From assembly GCA_964016885.1 (NCBI GenBank), contig OZ024740.1:230826001-230890000 (forward strand): a DNA stretch of 64,000 bases, in the 5' to 3' direction. Under the pieces are notes generated by a model. The model searched no databases. It was given only the letters and a program-made list of their open reading frames with translations, and had not been told where the DNA came from. The stretch's first letter is position 1. The number at the start of each line of letters is the position of its first letter. Origin of the DNA: Eledone cirrhosa (Eukaryota). This document shows positions 53,633 to 64,000 of this stretch, piece by piece. Made by a program: the position numbers and the translations under genes.

Positions 53633-54355
53633 CATGCAGTAATACAGAGTACCCGACCTCCCATGGGTACAAGCTCAAGCATATAGACAATATGCCCCCA
53701 CACCCTCCCACTGCAAAAAAGCACCCAGCCCACACTGTAAAGTGGACGTGTAGGCGCCACGGAAAAAAGCACCCAGCACTCACTGTAAATGAGGTTGGTG
53801 TTAGGAAGGGCATCCAGCTGTAAAAATCAAGCCAAAGTCAGTTTCTGTATGAGCAAGGCATGGTCAGCCGACCAGACACTGCCCACAACAGGACAACCCG
53901 TCTAACCCATGGTAGCATGGAAGAACGGACGTAAAACGGTGATGATGATGATGATGATAATATATATATATATATATAAAGGGATGGAAAAAGTTCAGGG
54001 AACTACTCCGTTACTAGCTACAAAAGGTTTTTCTCTCAAGATAAAAGGCAAGCTGTACAATGACTGTGTGTGCACAGCAATGATACATGGAAGCAAAACA
54101 TGGGCTCTGCGTGCCAAGGATCTACAAAGATTGAAAAGAAATGGATTGAAAGCGAAACTGGGCATAAGAGGGATCAAATGCTGTGTGCAGGAGAGCAGAC
54201 TGCAGTGGTATGGACATATGATACGCATGAAGGATTGCAGCAGTATAGAAAGGAGCAGGGAACTAGATGTTGTAGGACATCCCAGGAAAACATGGGATGA
54301 AACGATAAAGGCTGACCTGGCTCAATTGAACCTCTCAACGGAGATGACAGGCCTC
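53633..54355 (+). mobile_element. Two adjacent RTE fragments (3' UTR 53633-53957; ORF2 C-terminus 53980-54355)
   Basis: Family A 3' UTR with (GAT)n tail, then LLATKGFSLK...SRLQWYGH. Confidence 0.85.
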
Positions 54356-54399
54356 TGACACTAAAACGTACGAGGAAAATGTCGACAACTCAACCTCAG

Positions 54400-55110
54400 A
54401 CCCTGCTCATAATGGTGCCACCCAGCTCCGCACTGTAAACATGGTTGATGCCAGGAGCACCCAGTAACATGGCTCCTTTATGAGTAAGGCATGGCCATGC
54501 CATACCTTGCTTATACAGGGCTACATTCCAGCTGGTTTTTTATTGACTGCTCAATGTCCTTCCTAGCACCAACCACATTTACAGTGTGGAACTGGGTGGT
54601 CCTGTTGTGAGGAAGGTTTAGCCAGTTGACTATGTTGTACAGTGTTCATAGTGGGGTACTGGGTGGTCCTGTTGTGAGTCAAGTCTGGCCAGATGGCTGT
54701 GCTGTACCCTATTTATGAGCGGATCCGTATTTGGAAGCTGGGTGGACCCGTAATGAGGTAGGCCTGTGATTTGGCTGGGATTTTTACGGTTGCTGGATAC
54801 CTTTCCTAACACCAACCACATTTACAGTGTAGGACTGGGTGGTCACAATTATGAGGCAAGTCTGGCCAGTTGGCTGCGCTGTATCTTGCTCATATGGGAC
54901 TTGGCTAGGTTTTTACAGCTGCTAGGTGTCCTTCCTAGCAGCAACCACGTTTACACTGTGGAACTGCATGTTTCGTTATGGGGAGGCTCTTGCCAGTTGG
55001 CTGTGCCAGACCATGCACATATAGGATCGCGTTATGGTTGGGTTTTTACAGCTGCCAGTTGTCCTTCCTAACACCAACCATGTTTACAGTGTGGGACTGG
55101 GTGGTTGATT
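54400..55110. repeat. Array of GCCAGTTGGCTG / cctaacaccaaccacatttacagtgt units
   Basis: Units related to 42780-43500, interleaved with RTE 3' UTR motifs. Confidence 0.7.
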
Positions 55111-55599
55111 GGAAAAGTTATAACAGTATATGAAGTAACAGAACACTATATTATTTCTGGAAAACAAAAATAAGGCAGAAACATTTGTGTGGCCTTTTTT
55201 CTCTCCTCCCCCCACTCTGCAATGTTGAATGTGGAAGGGCATCTAGATCTAAAGTCTGTCTCAAGCTTGGAGGCCCATCAGGCCATTGCTTATCCTGGTT
55301 TCCATGGCATGAAGCAACTGAGATTATAGGACTTTCCCCTGGACAGGACGCCAGTCCATCATGGGGTTAAATTCCAAGTTATTGCTGGAACTCAATTTCA
55401 GCTGAGTATACTGGAGCAACGCGAAATGAAGAGTTTTGTTCAGTTCAAGAACACAACACTAGTCCAGGAATCAAACCCAAAACAGTTAAGATTTGTAGGA
55501 CATTGCTGGAGAAGTAAGCAAAAAGTTTCCAGATATTTGTAATACATTGATGCCAATTTATGTTTTGTACAAAAATAATATAACAATAGATAAACTTAC

Positions 55600-55704
55600 T
55601 TTATAATCCTTGAATTTGCCTTTCCATGAACATCCTGGATATAAGCACTGAGCAGGGTGTTTGTCAAGTTCTTTTCGAAGGTAATAATCAGGAGTATATG
55701 GTTG
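55600..55704 (-). CDS. TRAF2: TRAF2-like exon (105 nt): QPYTPDYYLRKELDKHPAQCLYPGCSWKGKFKDYK
   Basis: ttgtttgcag| ... AAA|gtaagt, phase 0-0; aligns with TRAF2 AFPDNAARREVESLPAVCPSDGCTWKGTLKEYE. Confidence 0.92.
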
Positions 55705-56165
55705 CTGCAAACAAATTTGTCATTATTTATTAGAAGAAACAATGTTGTATTAAATGGTTAAATATTTCATCAATAAAGAAGACCTGGGCAGAGGTTGTGA
55801 GAGCTGACCGTAAGTTACTGAGACTCACAGGAGATAATGAGTGGAGAGATGCTGTGCTGAGGACCAGTCCAACCCATGCAAGCAGGGAAAAATGGATGTA
55901 AAATGATGATATTACAGAATTTGGGGAATTTCTTTATCCATAACATAATTTTTTCTAATTTTGGAACAAGGCCAGCAATTTGAAGGGGAGGAGGAAATTG
56001 ATTAAATTGATTGGTACTTTATTTTATATAGACCCTGTAAGGAGGAAAGGCAAAGTTAACCTCAGCAGGATTTGAACTCAGAACATAAAGGGCTGTAACT
56101 ATATGCTACAAAGCACATTGACCAACGTTCTACCGACACTGCCAATCCACCGCCCTCTTAGTAAT

Positions 56166-56246
56166 TAACACGAGTAGGATTCAAACCCATAGACATTCGT
56201 CTATTGGAACTTAAGTCCAACACCTTAAACATTCAGCCATTGGACT
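56166..56246 (-). pseudogene. tRNA-Leu(TAA) pseudogene
   Basis: atggctgaatgtttaaggtgttggacTTAAGttccaatagacgaatgtctatgggtttgaatcctactcgtgtta matches metazoan Leu-TAA with CpG decay; acceptor stem broken. Confidence 0.75.
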
Positions 56247-56337
56247 GGGGTAACATAAAAAAAAGTAAAGTTGATTTCTAGAATTTGTTAACATTAGTTA
56301 CAACAAATAAAATCTCCACAGTTCGAAATAATGTTTT

Positions 56338-58062
56338 GATATGAAGATGGGGAAGGCAACCGGTCCATCGGGTATAGCTGGCGAGATGCTGAAGGCATCT
56401 GGGTCGGTAGGTCACATCATAACCACACGTACTGTTAACCAGATAATACTAGGTGTCCTACCAAAGGATTGGTGCAGCAGCATCATTGTCAACTGCTATA
56501 AGGGTAAAGATGATGTACTAGATAGAGGAAACCAAAGGATTGGTGCAGCAGCATCATTGTCAACTGCTACAAGGGTAAAGATGATGTACTAGATAGAGGA
56601 AACTATAGAGGTATAGAGCTGATGGACCAGCTCATGAAAGTAACAGAAAGAGTTATAGCACAGTTGATTAGGGACCGGGTGAAACTAGATGAGATTCAAT
56701 TTGGGTTTGTGCCAGGAAAAGGCACCACTGATGCCCTCTTCCTTGTGAGGCAGTTACAGAAAAAGTACCTAGCCGCTCTACCTGGAAAACCCTATGACAG
56801 AGTTCCCCGTGCTATAATCTGGTGGGCTCTTAGAAAACTAGGAGTAGATGGATAGCTTGTGAAAGCTGTAAAAGCCACGTATGGGGAGCAGTCAGCAAAG
56901 TTAGGATTAGCAAGGACTATAGCGAGGAATTTAGCATACAGGTCGGTATCCACCAGGGCTCTGTTCTTAGCCCTCTCCTGTTCATCATAGTTTTGCAGGC
57001 AATAACGGAGGAGTTTAAGACCGGATGCCCATGGGAACTCCTGTATGGAGATGACCTCGCATTTATAGCTGAATCTATGGTAGAACTAGAGAAGAAATTC
57101 CAAACATGGAAGCAGAGGCTAGAAAGAAAGGGTCTCAAAGTCAACGGCTTCACAAGTAACAGCTGTGCTGGGACAGCAAGCAGCAAACAGCCACAGGAAA
57201 CAAGTACTACCAAACTCTGGGAGGGCTCTGTAGAAACAGTAGACAGCTTCTGCTACCTAGGTGACCGAATTAGCAGCGGAGATGGGTGTTCGGAAAGTAC
57301 AATAACTAGGGTAAGAATGGGATAGAAGAAGTTCAGGGAGCTACTGCCACTGCTAGCTGCAAAAGGCTTTTCCCTCAAAATGAAAGGCAGACTGTATGAT
57401 GGGTGTATACAAACAGCAATGTTACTTGGTAGTGAGACCTGGGCGCTGTTTGTAGAAGACTTGCGTAGATTAAAAAGAAACGAAGCTTGCATGCTCCGAT
57501 GGATTTGTAATAGTAATATACATGAACGGCAAAGCATAAATGAATTGAGAGAGAGAGACTGAGCATAAGAAGAATCAAATGCTGTGTGCAGGAGAGGAGG
57601 TTGCGTTGGTATGGACAGGTGATGTGCATGAAGGATGACAGCTGCATAAAAAGGTGCAGAGCACTAGAAGTCGATGGAAACCGCGGAGTGGGGAGACCCA
57701 AGAAGACTTGGGATGAGGTGATAAAAGCCGACCTTACCCAATTACACCTCTCAAAGGTGATGACACACGACTGTGACCTCTGGAGTCCCACAGTAATACA
57801 GAAGACCCGACCTCCCACAGGTACAAGCTGAAGCTGAAGCATATAGACAATATGCCTCCACACCCTCCCACTGCTAAGTGGTCGTGGAGGCGCCACGGAA
57901 AAAAAGCACCCAGCACTCACTGTAAAAATCAAGCCAGAATCAGTTCCTGTATGAGCAAGGCATGGTCAGCCGACCGGCTACTGCCCACAACAGGACAACC
58001 CGTCTAACCCATGCTAGCGTGGAAGAACGGACATAAAACGGTGATGATGATGATGATGATGA
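56338..58062 (+). mobile_element. RTE family A, 5'-truncated, with internal duplication and deletions
   Basis: RT fragments 56341-57325; about 70-bp tandem duplication at 56461-56602; most of the PHD finger deleted (KGLKVN|GFT); (GAT)n tail. Confidence 0.95.
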
Positions 58063-58586
58063 TTACAGGCTAACTAATAACATTCTAAAAAAAAAAAAAA
58101 CTGTTTTAGTAAAACCCACTTGTCAAGTACAGAATTACCAATTCTTGGCTTGTAAGTTCAAATTCATGGTATTTTGTTGTGAATTTTGTCAAGACATTTT
58201 ATTATATATCCTTCTACACATGTGGAGAGAGATACCAAAGAGCACTATGATCTGACCTGATACAATAAGGCCAGAGATAGGAGGCAATTGAGGTCAACCA
58301 GAGAGGGGTTCCTCCAAGATGAATGAGGAGGAGCTGGATTCTGGATGGATATATATATATATATATATACACACATATTATCACCACCATCATTGTTTAA
58401 TATCTGCTTTCCCTGCTAGCATAGGTTGGACTATATATACATACATACATACACACACACACACATATATATAAAAAGAAACAATCTTTTTTTTGTCCAC
58501 TATATCACATATTAATCTCTCCCTCCGCCTCTGAGACTTTCTCACTTGCTATAAATGTGTCAGGAAATAGTCCATTTTTCTGAGGG

Positions 58587-58685
58587 GTCTCTTGATAAGC
58601 CGTATAAACCTCACTGCGATGATGCACTTTTAAAGCGCAGAAATCGGTATCGGTGCACACGGATCGGCGAAACTGCAGTCGGGAC
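58587..58685 (+). ncRNA. Type I hammerhead ribozyme with U3-A8 covariation and long stem II insert
   Basis: Stem I GTCTC/GGGAC; TTGATAA; stem II GCCG...CGGC; GAAA; C-TGCA-G; GUC site after 58680. Confidence 0.75.
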
Positions 58686-58753
58686 TTTGAAGAAAAAATA
58701 GGTATATTTTGTCTGTTATTTCCTCATGTTTTGTAATTTGATATATATATGTA

Positions 58754-59098
58754 TGGAGGCACATGGCTTAGTGGTTAGAGCATTGGCCTTGCAATCGAAA
58801 GGTTGTGAGTTCAATTCTCAGACCGGGTGATGTGTTGTTTCCTTGAGCAAGACACTTATTTCACATTGCTCCAGTTTACTCAGCTGTAGAAATGAGATGA
58901 TAGGGACTGGGGTCCATATCATTCCACTGCAAAGTGGTCGTGGAGGTGCCACGGCAAAAAAGCACCCAGCACTCACTGTAAATGAGGTTGGTGTTAGGAA
59001 GGGCATCCAGCTGTAGAAATCAAGCCAGCATCAGTTCCCGTCCCACCCTTGCAAGCAGGGAAAAAGCGGACGTAAAATGAAATGAAATGAAAATGAAA
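58754..59098 (+). mobile_element. tRNA-CORE SINE with RTE tail
   Basis: Near-identical to 6165-6508 and 47622-47960. Confidence 0.9.
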
Positions 59099-59114
59099 TA
59101 TGTATATATATATA

Positions 59115-59624
59115 ATCAACAAAAAATCACCTAGAGAACATAAAAATGGCTCCTGTAGAATCAAAAGTGAATGCCCATTACAAGGTAAATACAATACCAA
59201 AGCTATTGTATATGCGGCTAAAGTGACAACCATCAGCAACAACCAACCAGCCACCAGTGAACGATATGTGGGTATGACGCAAGACAAATTCAAAACGCGT
59301 TATTACTCACACGTCGCATCCTTTCGACATCCAGAAAAAAGATTTACAACAGCTCTGGCTAGCAGAATATGGGATTTGAAAGACCAAGGTATCCAATATA
59401 AATTGGATTGGTCAATTTTGAACCAATCTAAAGAATATGCAAGAGGAACAAGAAAATGCACGCTCTGCATAAATGAAAAATATTGGATTTTGCAAAACCT
59501 TAAATCACCAAAGACCTGCCTAAACACAAAGACAGAAATTTTCAACAGTTGCCCACACATGAAATCACACCTGCTTTCCAGCTCATATAAACTTAACACA
59601 CTTTCAGATACTTATCCTCCATAA
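59115..59624 (+). pseudogene. Penelope-like element GIY-YIG endonuclease C-terminus (Naiad-type by motif), 5'-truncated
   Basis: CPLQG...IVY...RYVGMT...FKTRYYSH..SF...TALAS.IW.LK...W.IL...CTLCINEK...LN.K.E..NSCPH; RT absent; clade is inferred. Confidence 0.85.
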
Positions 59625-59899
59625 GCTCTTATTTTTCACTTAAATTATTCTCTTTAAGACTACCTTTTCTGATTTACTTTCATTTTTAATCTTATTATTA
59701 ATTTTATTTTTATTTTTACTTCACATCCACCACTACCCTCCCCCCTCCCCCTACTCTCCGATTCACTTACCTAATATCTTCACTTTCCACCTTTTACTTC
59801 CCTATTTTCTTCACTACCTGATTACAAAGTCACTTGCATTTTCCACTCAAGATATTTTCTTTTATTTCGCAGCCAATTTTATATTTTTATATTTGTACT

Positions 59900-60790
59900 C
59901 ACTTATTCACAAGGCTGTTTTTACACCCTGTATCTATGTGTCTGAGCGTCTTTACGTGTGTATACTTTCTGTATATTTACACGAACGCCTCCGTATGTGC
60001 GTGTATATATATATGTGTATGTATGTGTGTTTTTACATCTATGTTTATTTACATTCTTATTTTTATGTGTGTGCATGTTAGCGGGTCAACGTGCGTGAGT
60101 GTACGTATGTGTGTGTGTGTACGTACTGCATGTATGGATATGTATGTGTGCGTATGTATATATATATATATATTTATGTGTGTGTATGTGTGTGTGTGTG
60201 TATACAGTCGCGTACGTACGCGTGATTAGATATACATGGGGCGATGTGTATATATATATATGTGCATCCTGTGTGTGTATGTACGCTTGCATATGCTTTT
60301 GTCTGCACGTATTGCGTGTATATATATATTTTTTTATAGATATATGTTTCTTTTAGATATATGTGTGTATGTACGCGTGTACCTTGTTTGTTTTCTTTTC
60401 TTTCCTTTGCAATTTTTTCTTTCTAATTTATTGTTCCATTTTTATAATTATATCGAGAATGATTCTTTTTACTATTACACTCCCTTACCTCTTCTTCCGC
60501 ATATAAGTGTACGCGCGTGCGTATGTTTATACGTGTGCCTTCATATTCTTATAATGTATCTGTTTTTTCTGTATACCTGTCAACCAGACATTCACATCAT
60601 GTCTGTGTCTATCGTTATATATACACAGATATACTTGCCTTCATACATATATTTACGCACACATTTTCCCTATACACACACATTTGTACATACATACATG
60701 TGTATATCTGTGAGTGTATATACATACATATACACACACCTAACTATATTTCTTAAAATTTTTTTTTATATATTTTATATGTCTATTTTT
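59900..60790. repeat. Low-complexity (TG/TA) region in the PLE 3' portion
   Basis: Degenerate tgtatatg-type repeats. Confidence 0.7.
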
Positions 60791-60836
60791 CTTGCATTTC
60801 TTGAGGAGACTTTCCAAATATTTATCTATGTTTTAT

Positions 60837-60914
60837 ATTGCCTCGTCCGACGAACGAATGAAGACGTTTCTTTCGTATTCGGCTTATTCGGGAAACCTCT
60901 GGTAATGAGGTAAT
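60837..60914 (+). ncRNA. Type I hammerhead ribozyme, variant core (CCGACGA, A10.1/G11.1)
   Basis: Stem I ATTGCCTCGT/ATGAGGTAAT; CCGACGA; A-CGAAT...ATTCG-G; GAAA; CC-TCT-GG; GUA site after 60904. Confidence 0.75.
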
Positions 60915-61042
60915 TACTTTGTATTGTTTCTATACATTAAATTTTGCTCTGGTACTTACATAGAGCACTCTTCACTCCTATGACCGTTTCTATTTTCAAC
61001 GGAAACTTCAATACATACACATATATATATATATATAATGTC

Positions 61043-61201
61043 ACATATGAAGTGTTCACAGTTCAAAGACTGAGAAGACTGCAAATCAGGTTAGCACTTG
61101 TTGCATATATGGTTGCTGGGCACATATGAAGTGTTCACAGTTCAAAGAGTGAGAAGACTGCAAATCAGGTTAGCACTTGATGCATATATGGATGCTGGGC
61201 A
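61043..61201. repeat. About 79-bp tandem duplication
   Basis: acatatgaagtgttcacagttcaaaga...gctgggc occurs twice. Confidence 0.9.
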
Positions 61202-62230
61202 GGCATAGTTGCAACAGAGGACCCTCCATTGGAATTATACCATGTATCTATACCATGCAGTAGCTATGGTAGTATATGTAGTACCTACTGGCTATGATAT
61301 AGTAGCTTATGGTTATGATACAACTGCTGCTGGTTGTGACCTGGTAACTGTTGGTTGTAGCTTGATGGCTGCCGTCTCTCATTGCTGGTTAAGACAGGGT
61401 AGGCCACATCTGTTGGTCATCTCTTATCAGTGATAGCAGCAGCAGGTTGCATACGTGTGACCAAGATGTATCCAGGTTGGTGATTTACGTATTTTCAAAG
61501 GATTCAATAAGTTAAACCTCCCGCTCAACAGCTCAAGTCCAACATTTAATTAGCTGTCAAGATTAGGTATGAGAAGTTCAGGGAAGTTTCCCTGTGAGAC
61601 TAACATCCTGACCAGTCACTCATCTATTCTGATTAAGTGCTGGCTTTATGAACTTCTGATCCTCATGAAAATAACTTGAAAGTTTCTTTTCTGCTCTACA
61701 TTCATTTTATTCATGTTATCATGCATGACGTGTCTCCAAAATTTTAAAATCTATATTTAGTCTATAAAAAAAGAACCAGTCTACTACTGGGGTGGATTCT
61801 TCCTCTATATCTCTTTCTCACTTCCATTCTCCCACTATCCTTCTCTGGAGGAAATTTGCTGTATTCAGATATGGAGAGGAGATGGGCTCAGCTAGGCTTT
61901 AAAAGAAATGCCCTAGATATACTATATGTCAATGCGGTACTCCTACAACAACTCCCTCAGGAATTGTGGGTCCACAATATTCAGTTTTTTACAACTGGAA
62001 ATCCTACAGCAAGAATTTTTTTTTATAGAAAAACAATGATAAATTTCATTAATGGTTCCTTACTACGCCAAAAGACCAGGGGAGAATATAACTGAATGAA
62101 GTCCAATATTGGACAAGTATTTTATTGAAGAGTAAAGTAAACTCCTGTTAGTATTTAAACACTAAAACTAAGTACTGTAATAAGAGATTTTGTATTTTTG
62201 CTTGGAGCATTGAGTATAGTATATAAAATG

Positions 62231-62359
62231 TTATTTGATGGCTACGACAATGTGAAACAGACGGTAAAATATTTATTCGACAAATAAATAAAATAACAGG
62301 TAACACACTAACATCTTAATTTTTACCGTCTGTTTCACATTGTCATAGCCTTCAAATAA
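62231..62359. repeat. 39-bp inverted repeat with about 50-nt spacer (small MITE/hairpin)
   Basis: ttatttgatggctacgacaatgtgaaacagacggtaaaa / ttttaccgtctgtttcacattgtcatagccttcaaataa, 2 mismatches. Confidence 0.85.
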
Positions 62360-62453
62360 TATAACTACTTTAAAGAGAAGAGGGCATCCCAAGATGAACT
62401 GGTGGCAGATAATCGACAGAGACCTGATAACTGTCAACAAAAATTGGAACAAT

Positions 62454-62590
62454 ATATTGATAGATGCAGCTGACTGTGGTCATTGGAGCACTTTGGCTGC
62501 CTCATGTATCTTAAAGCGCGGGTGTATTGATAGATGCAATTGACCGTGGTCATTAGAGCACTTTGGCTGCCTCATGTGTCTCAAGACGTG
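62454..62590 (+). repeat. About 70-bp tandem duplication of a dispersed repeat end
   Basis: tattgatagatgca..tgac.gtggtcatt.gagcactttggctgcctcatgt twice; single copy near 35290. Confidence 0.75.
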
Positions 62591-63154
62591 GGAGCTTCTA
62601 AGTTTAAGTAATGTGTTTAGTTCAGACCTCCACTGCCAAGACCAGTTTTCAAGCCCTGATATCTAATATCAAGAAGAATATGTTGAACCTTTGTCAGTTC
62701 TTTTGATGAGTGTTCTAGTTGTTTAATCAATGGAACAACCTTAATGTGTAAGTGGTTGAGACATCCACAGACATGTGTACAATTAGTTTTCCCCAACTGA
62801 GTGGACTGGACTAATATGAAATAAAGTGTCTTGCTCAAAGACACAACATGCAACCAGGATTCAAATTCAAGACCTTAAGATCATGAGCTGGACACCCTAA
62901 CCACTAAGCCGTGTGGCTTCAGAAGAAGTATGTAAATGCAAATGTATGTATGGTCACGTTACTCCTAAGGAAATCGTAGAGGGCACCATATTGACATACA
63001 GCATTTCTAGGGTATTTTTAAAAGAGAGTGAGAAAGAGATATAGAGGAAGAATCGACCCCAGTACAAGACTGGTACTTTTTTTTTATGAACTTTGGCGGG
63101 ATTTGAACTCAGAGAACAGAGAGCCAAAACAAATACAAATATAGATATACATAC

Positions 63155-63245
63155 CTCATTTTTGGAAATCAGCATACTAATAGTGGGATCAATAGAATCA
63201 GATTCATTTGACACATCTTCCAAACATTTTTCACAAATGCTATCT
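63155..63245 (-). CDS. TRAF2: TRAF2-like exon (91 nt), RING C-terminal CxxC: DSICEKCLEDVSNESDSIDPTISMLISKNE
   Basis: ttctttttctcacag| ... GAG|gtatgt, phase 2-0; parallels TRAF2 GPQNCAACVHEGIYEEGISILESSS. Confidence 0.85.
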
Positions 63246-63627
63246 CTGTGAGAAAAAGAAAAAAAAACAAAAAAACTTTACAGGATATGTTCTTCGATAT
63301 ATGATCCCATTGCTTTCATATTTAACCCTTTTGACTCCAAATTTGCCTGAAACTAGCCATCATTTTTATATTAAATTGTTTATATTTATCTAAATATATT
63401 TATATTTATCACAAAACAAAACTGTATTTAAAGTACTTATATTCATCTAAAAAAGTATTATATTTTATGTATTAAGTTGTTTCAAACAGCAGCTTAATAA
63501 TGGGAAAATTATATTACTAAATCCCCTTCAAATTTTTGATTATTTTCAAAATTACTTGAAAATTATAGGCAGTGTATTTCATTAGAAATATGATAACAAA
63601 AGAGATAACAAGGGATAAAGATAGTCT

Positions 63628-64000
63628 GCCTCAAATTGATCCAACAGAGGGACCAGCTGTGCAGGTTAATGGTAGTATAGTAAGTAAGGCAATCAAAGAT
63701 ATGAAGACAGGCAAGGCAGCTGGGCCTTCGGAGATAGTTGCTGAAATGTTGAAAGCATCTGGAATGGTGAGACATACTACAGTCACCCAGATAGTAAACC
63801 AAGAAATACAGAATGGGGTCATACCAAATGACTGGCGTAGCAGCATCATCATCAACTGCTACAAGGGCAAAGGAGACGCCCTAGATAGAGGAAACTACAG
63901 AGGCATTAAGTTAGTTGACCAGGGCATGAAGGTTACAGAAAAAGTTATTGCACAACTGATTAGAGACCAAATTGATCTAAATGAAATGCAGTTTGGGTTT
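63628..64000 (+). mobile_element. RTE LINE fragment running off the window
   Basis: KAIKDMKTGKAAGPS.IVAEMLKASG...GDALDRGNYRGIKL...MQFG. Confidence 0.9.

Noticed and set aside
56166-56246. Functional tRNA-Leu
   Set aside because: Acceptor stem does not pair; A and B boxes are mutated
59115-59624. Selenoprotein PLE (reported for some Naiad elements)
   Set aside because: No in-frame TGA at Cys positions and no canonical SECIS recognised downstream

Overview
AT-rich, repeat-dense animal DNA, most likely an octopod cephalopod (inferred from the tRNA-CORE and Nin-type SINEs, RTE LINEs with (CAT)n tails and long (TA)n tracts). One host gene is well supported: a minus-strand TRAF2-like gene. Five spliced coding exons were read by hand (63245-63155, 55704-55600, 40010-39933, 35520-35458, 34026-33292). 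They encode the RING C-terminal end, three zinc fingers, a coiled coil and the MATH domain; the 5' exons lie beyond the right edge. The rest is mostly transposon debris: at least three RTE LINE families carrying a PHD-type finger inside ORF2, three CRE-like RLE retrotransposon fragments, a full-length defective mariner, Helitrons, piggyBac and Tc1 MITEs, SINEs, Penelope-like (PLE) remnants and a tRNA-Leu(TAA) pseudogene. The most striking hidden signal is a set of about 8 hammerhead-ribozyme motifs. Two of them (15498-15546 and 60837-60914) have unrelated stems, both follow GIY-YIG-type PLE ends, and share the same two non-canonical core changes (CCGANGA and an A10.1/G11.1 mismatch). A third (58587-58685) carries a compensatory U3-A8 pair. 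No CRISPR or prokaryotic system is present. Coordinates were counted by hand, repeat boundaries are approximate, and no database searches or folding programs were run.
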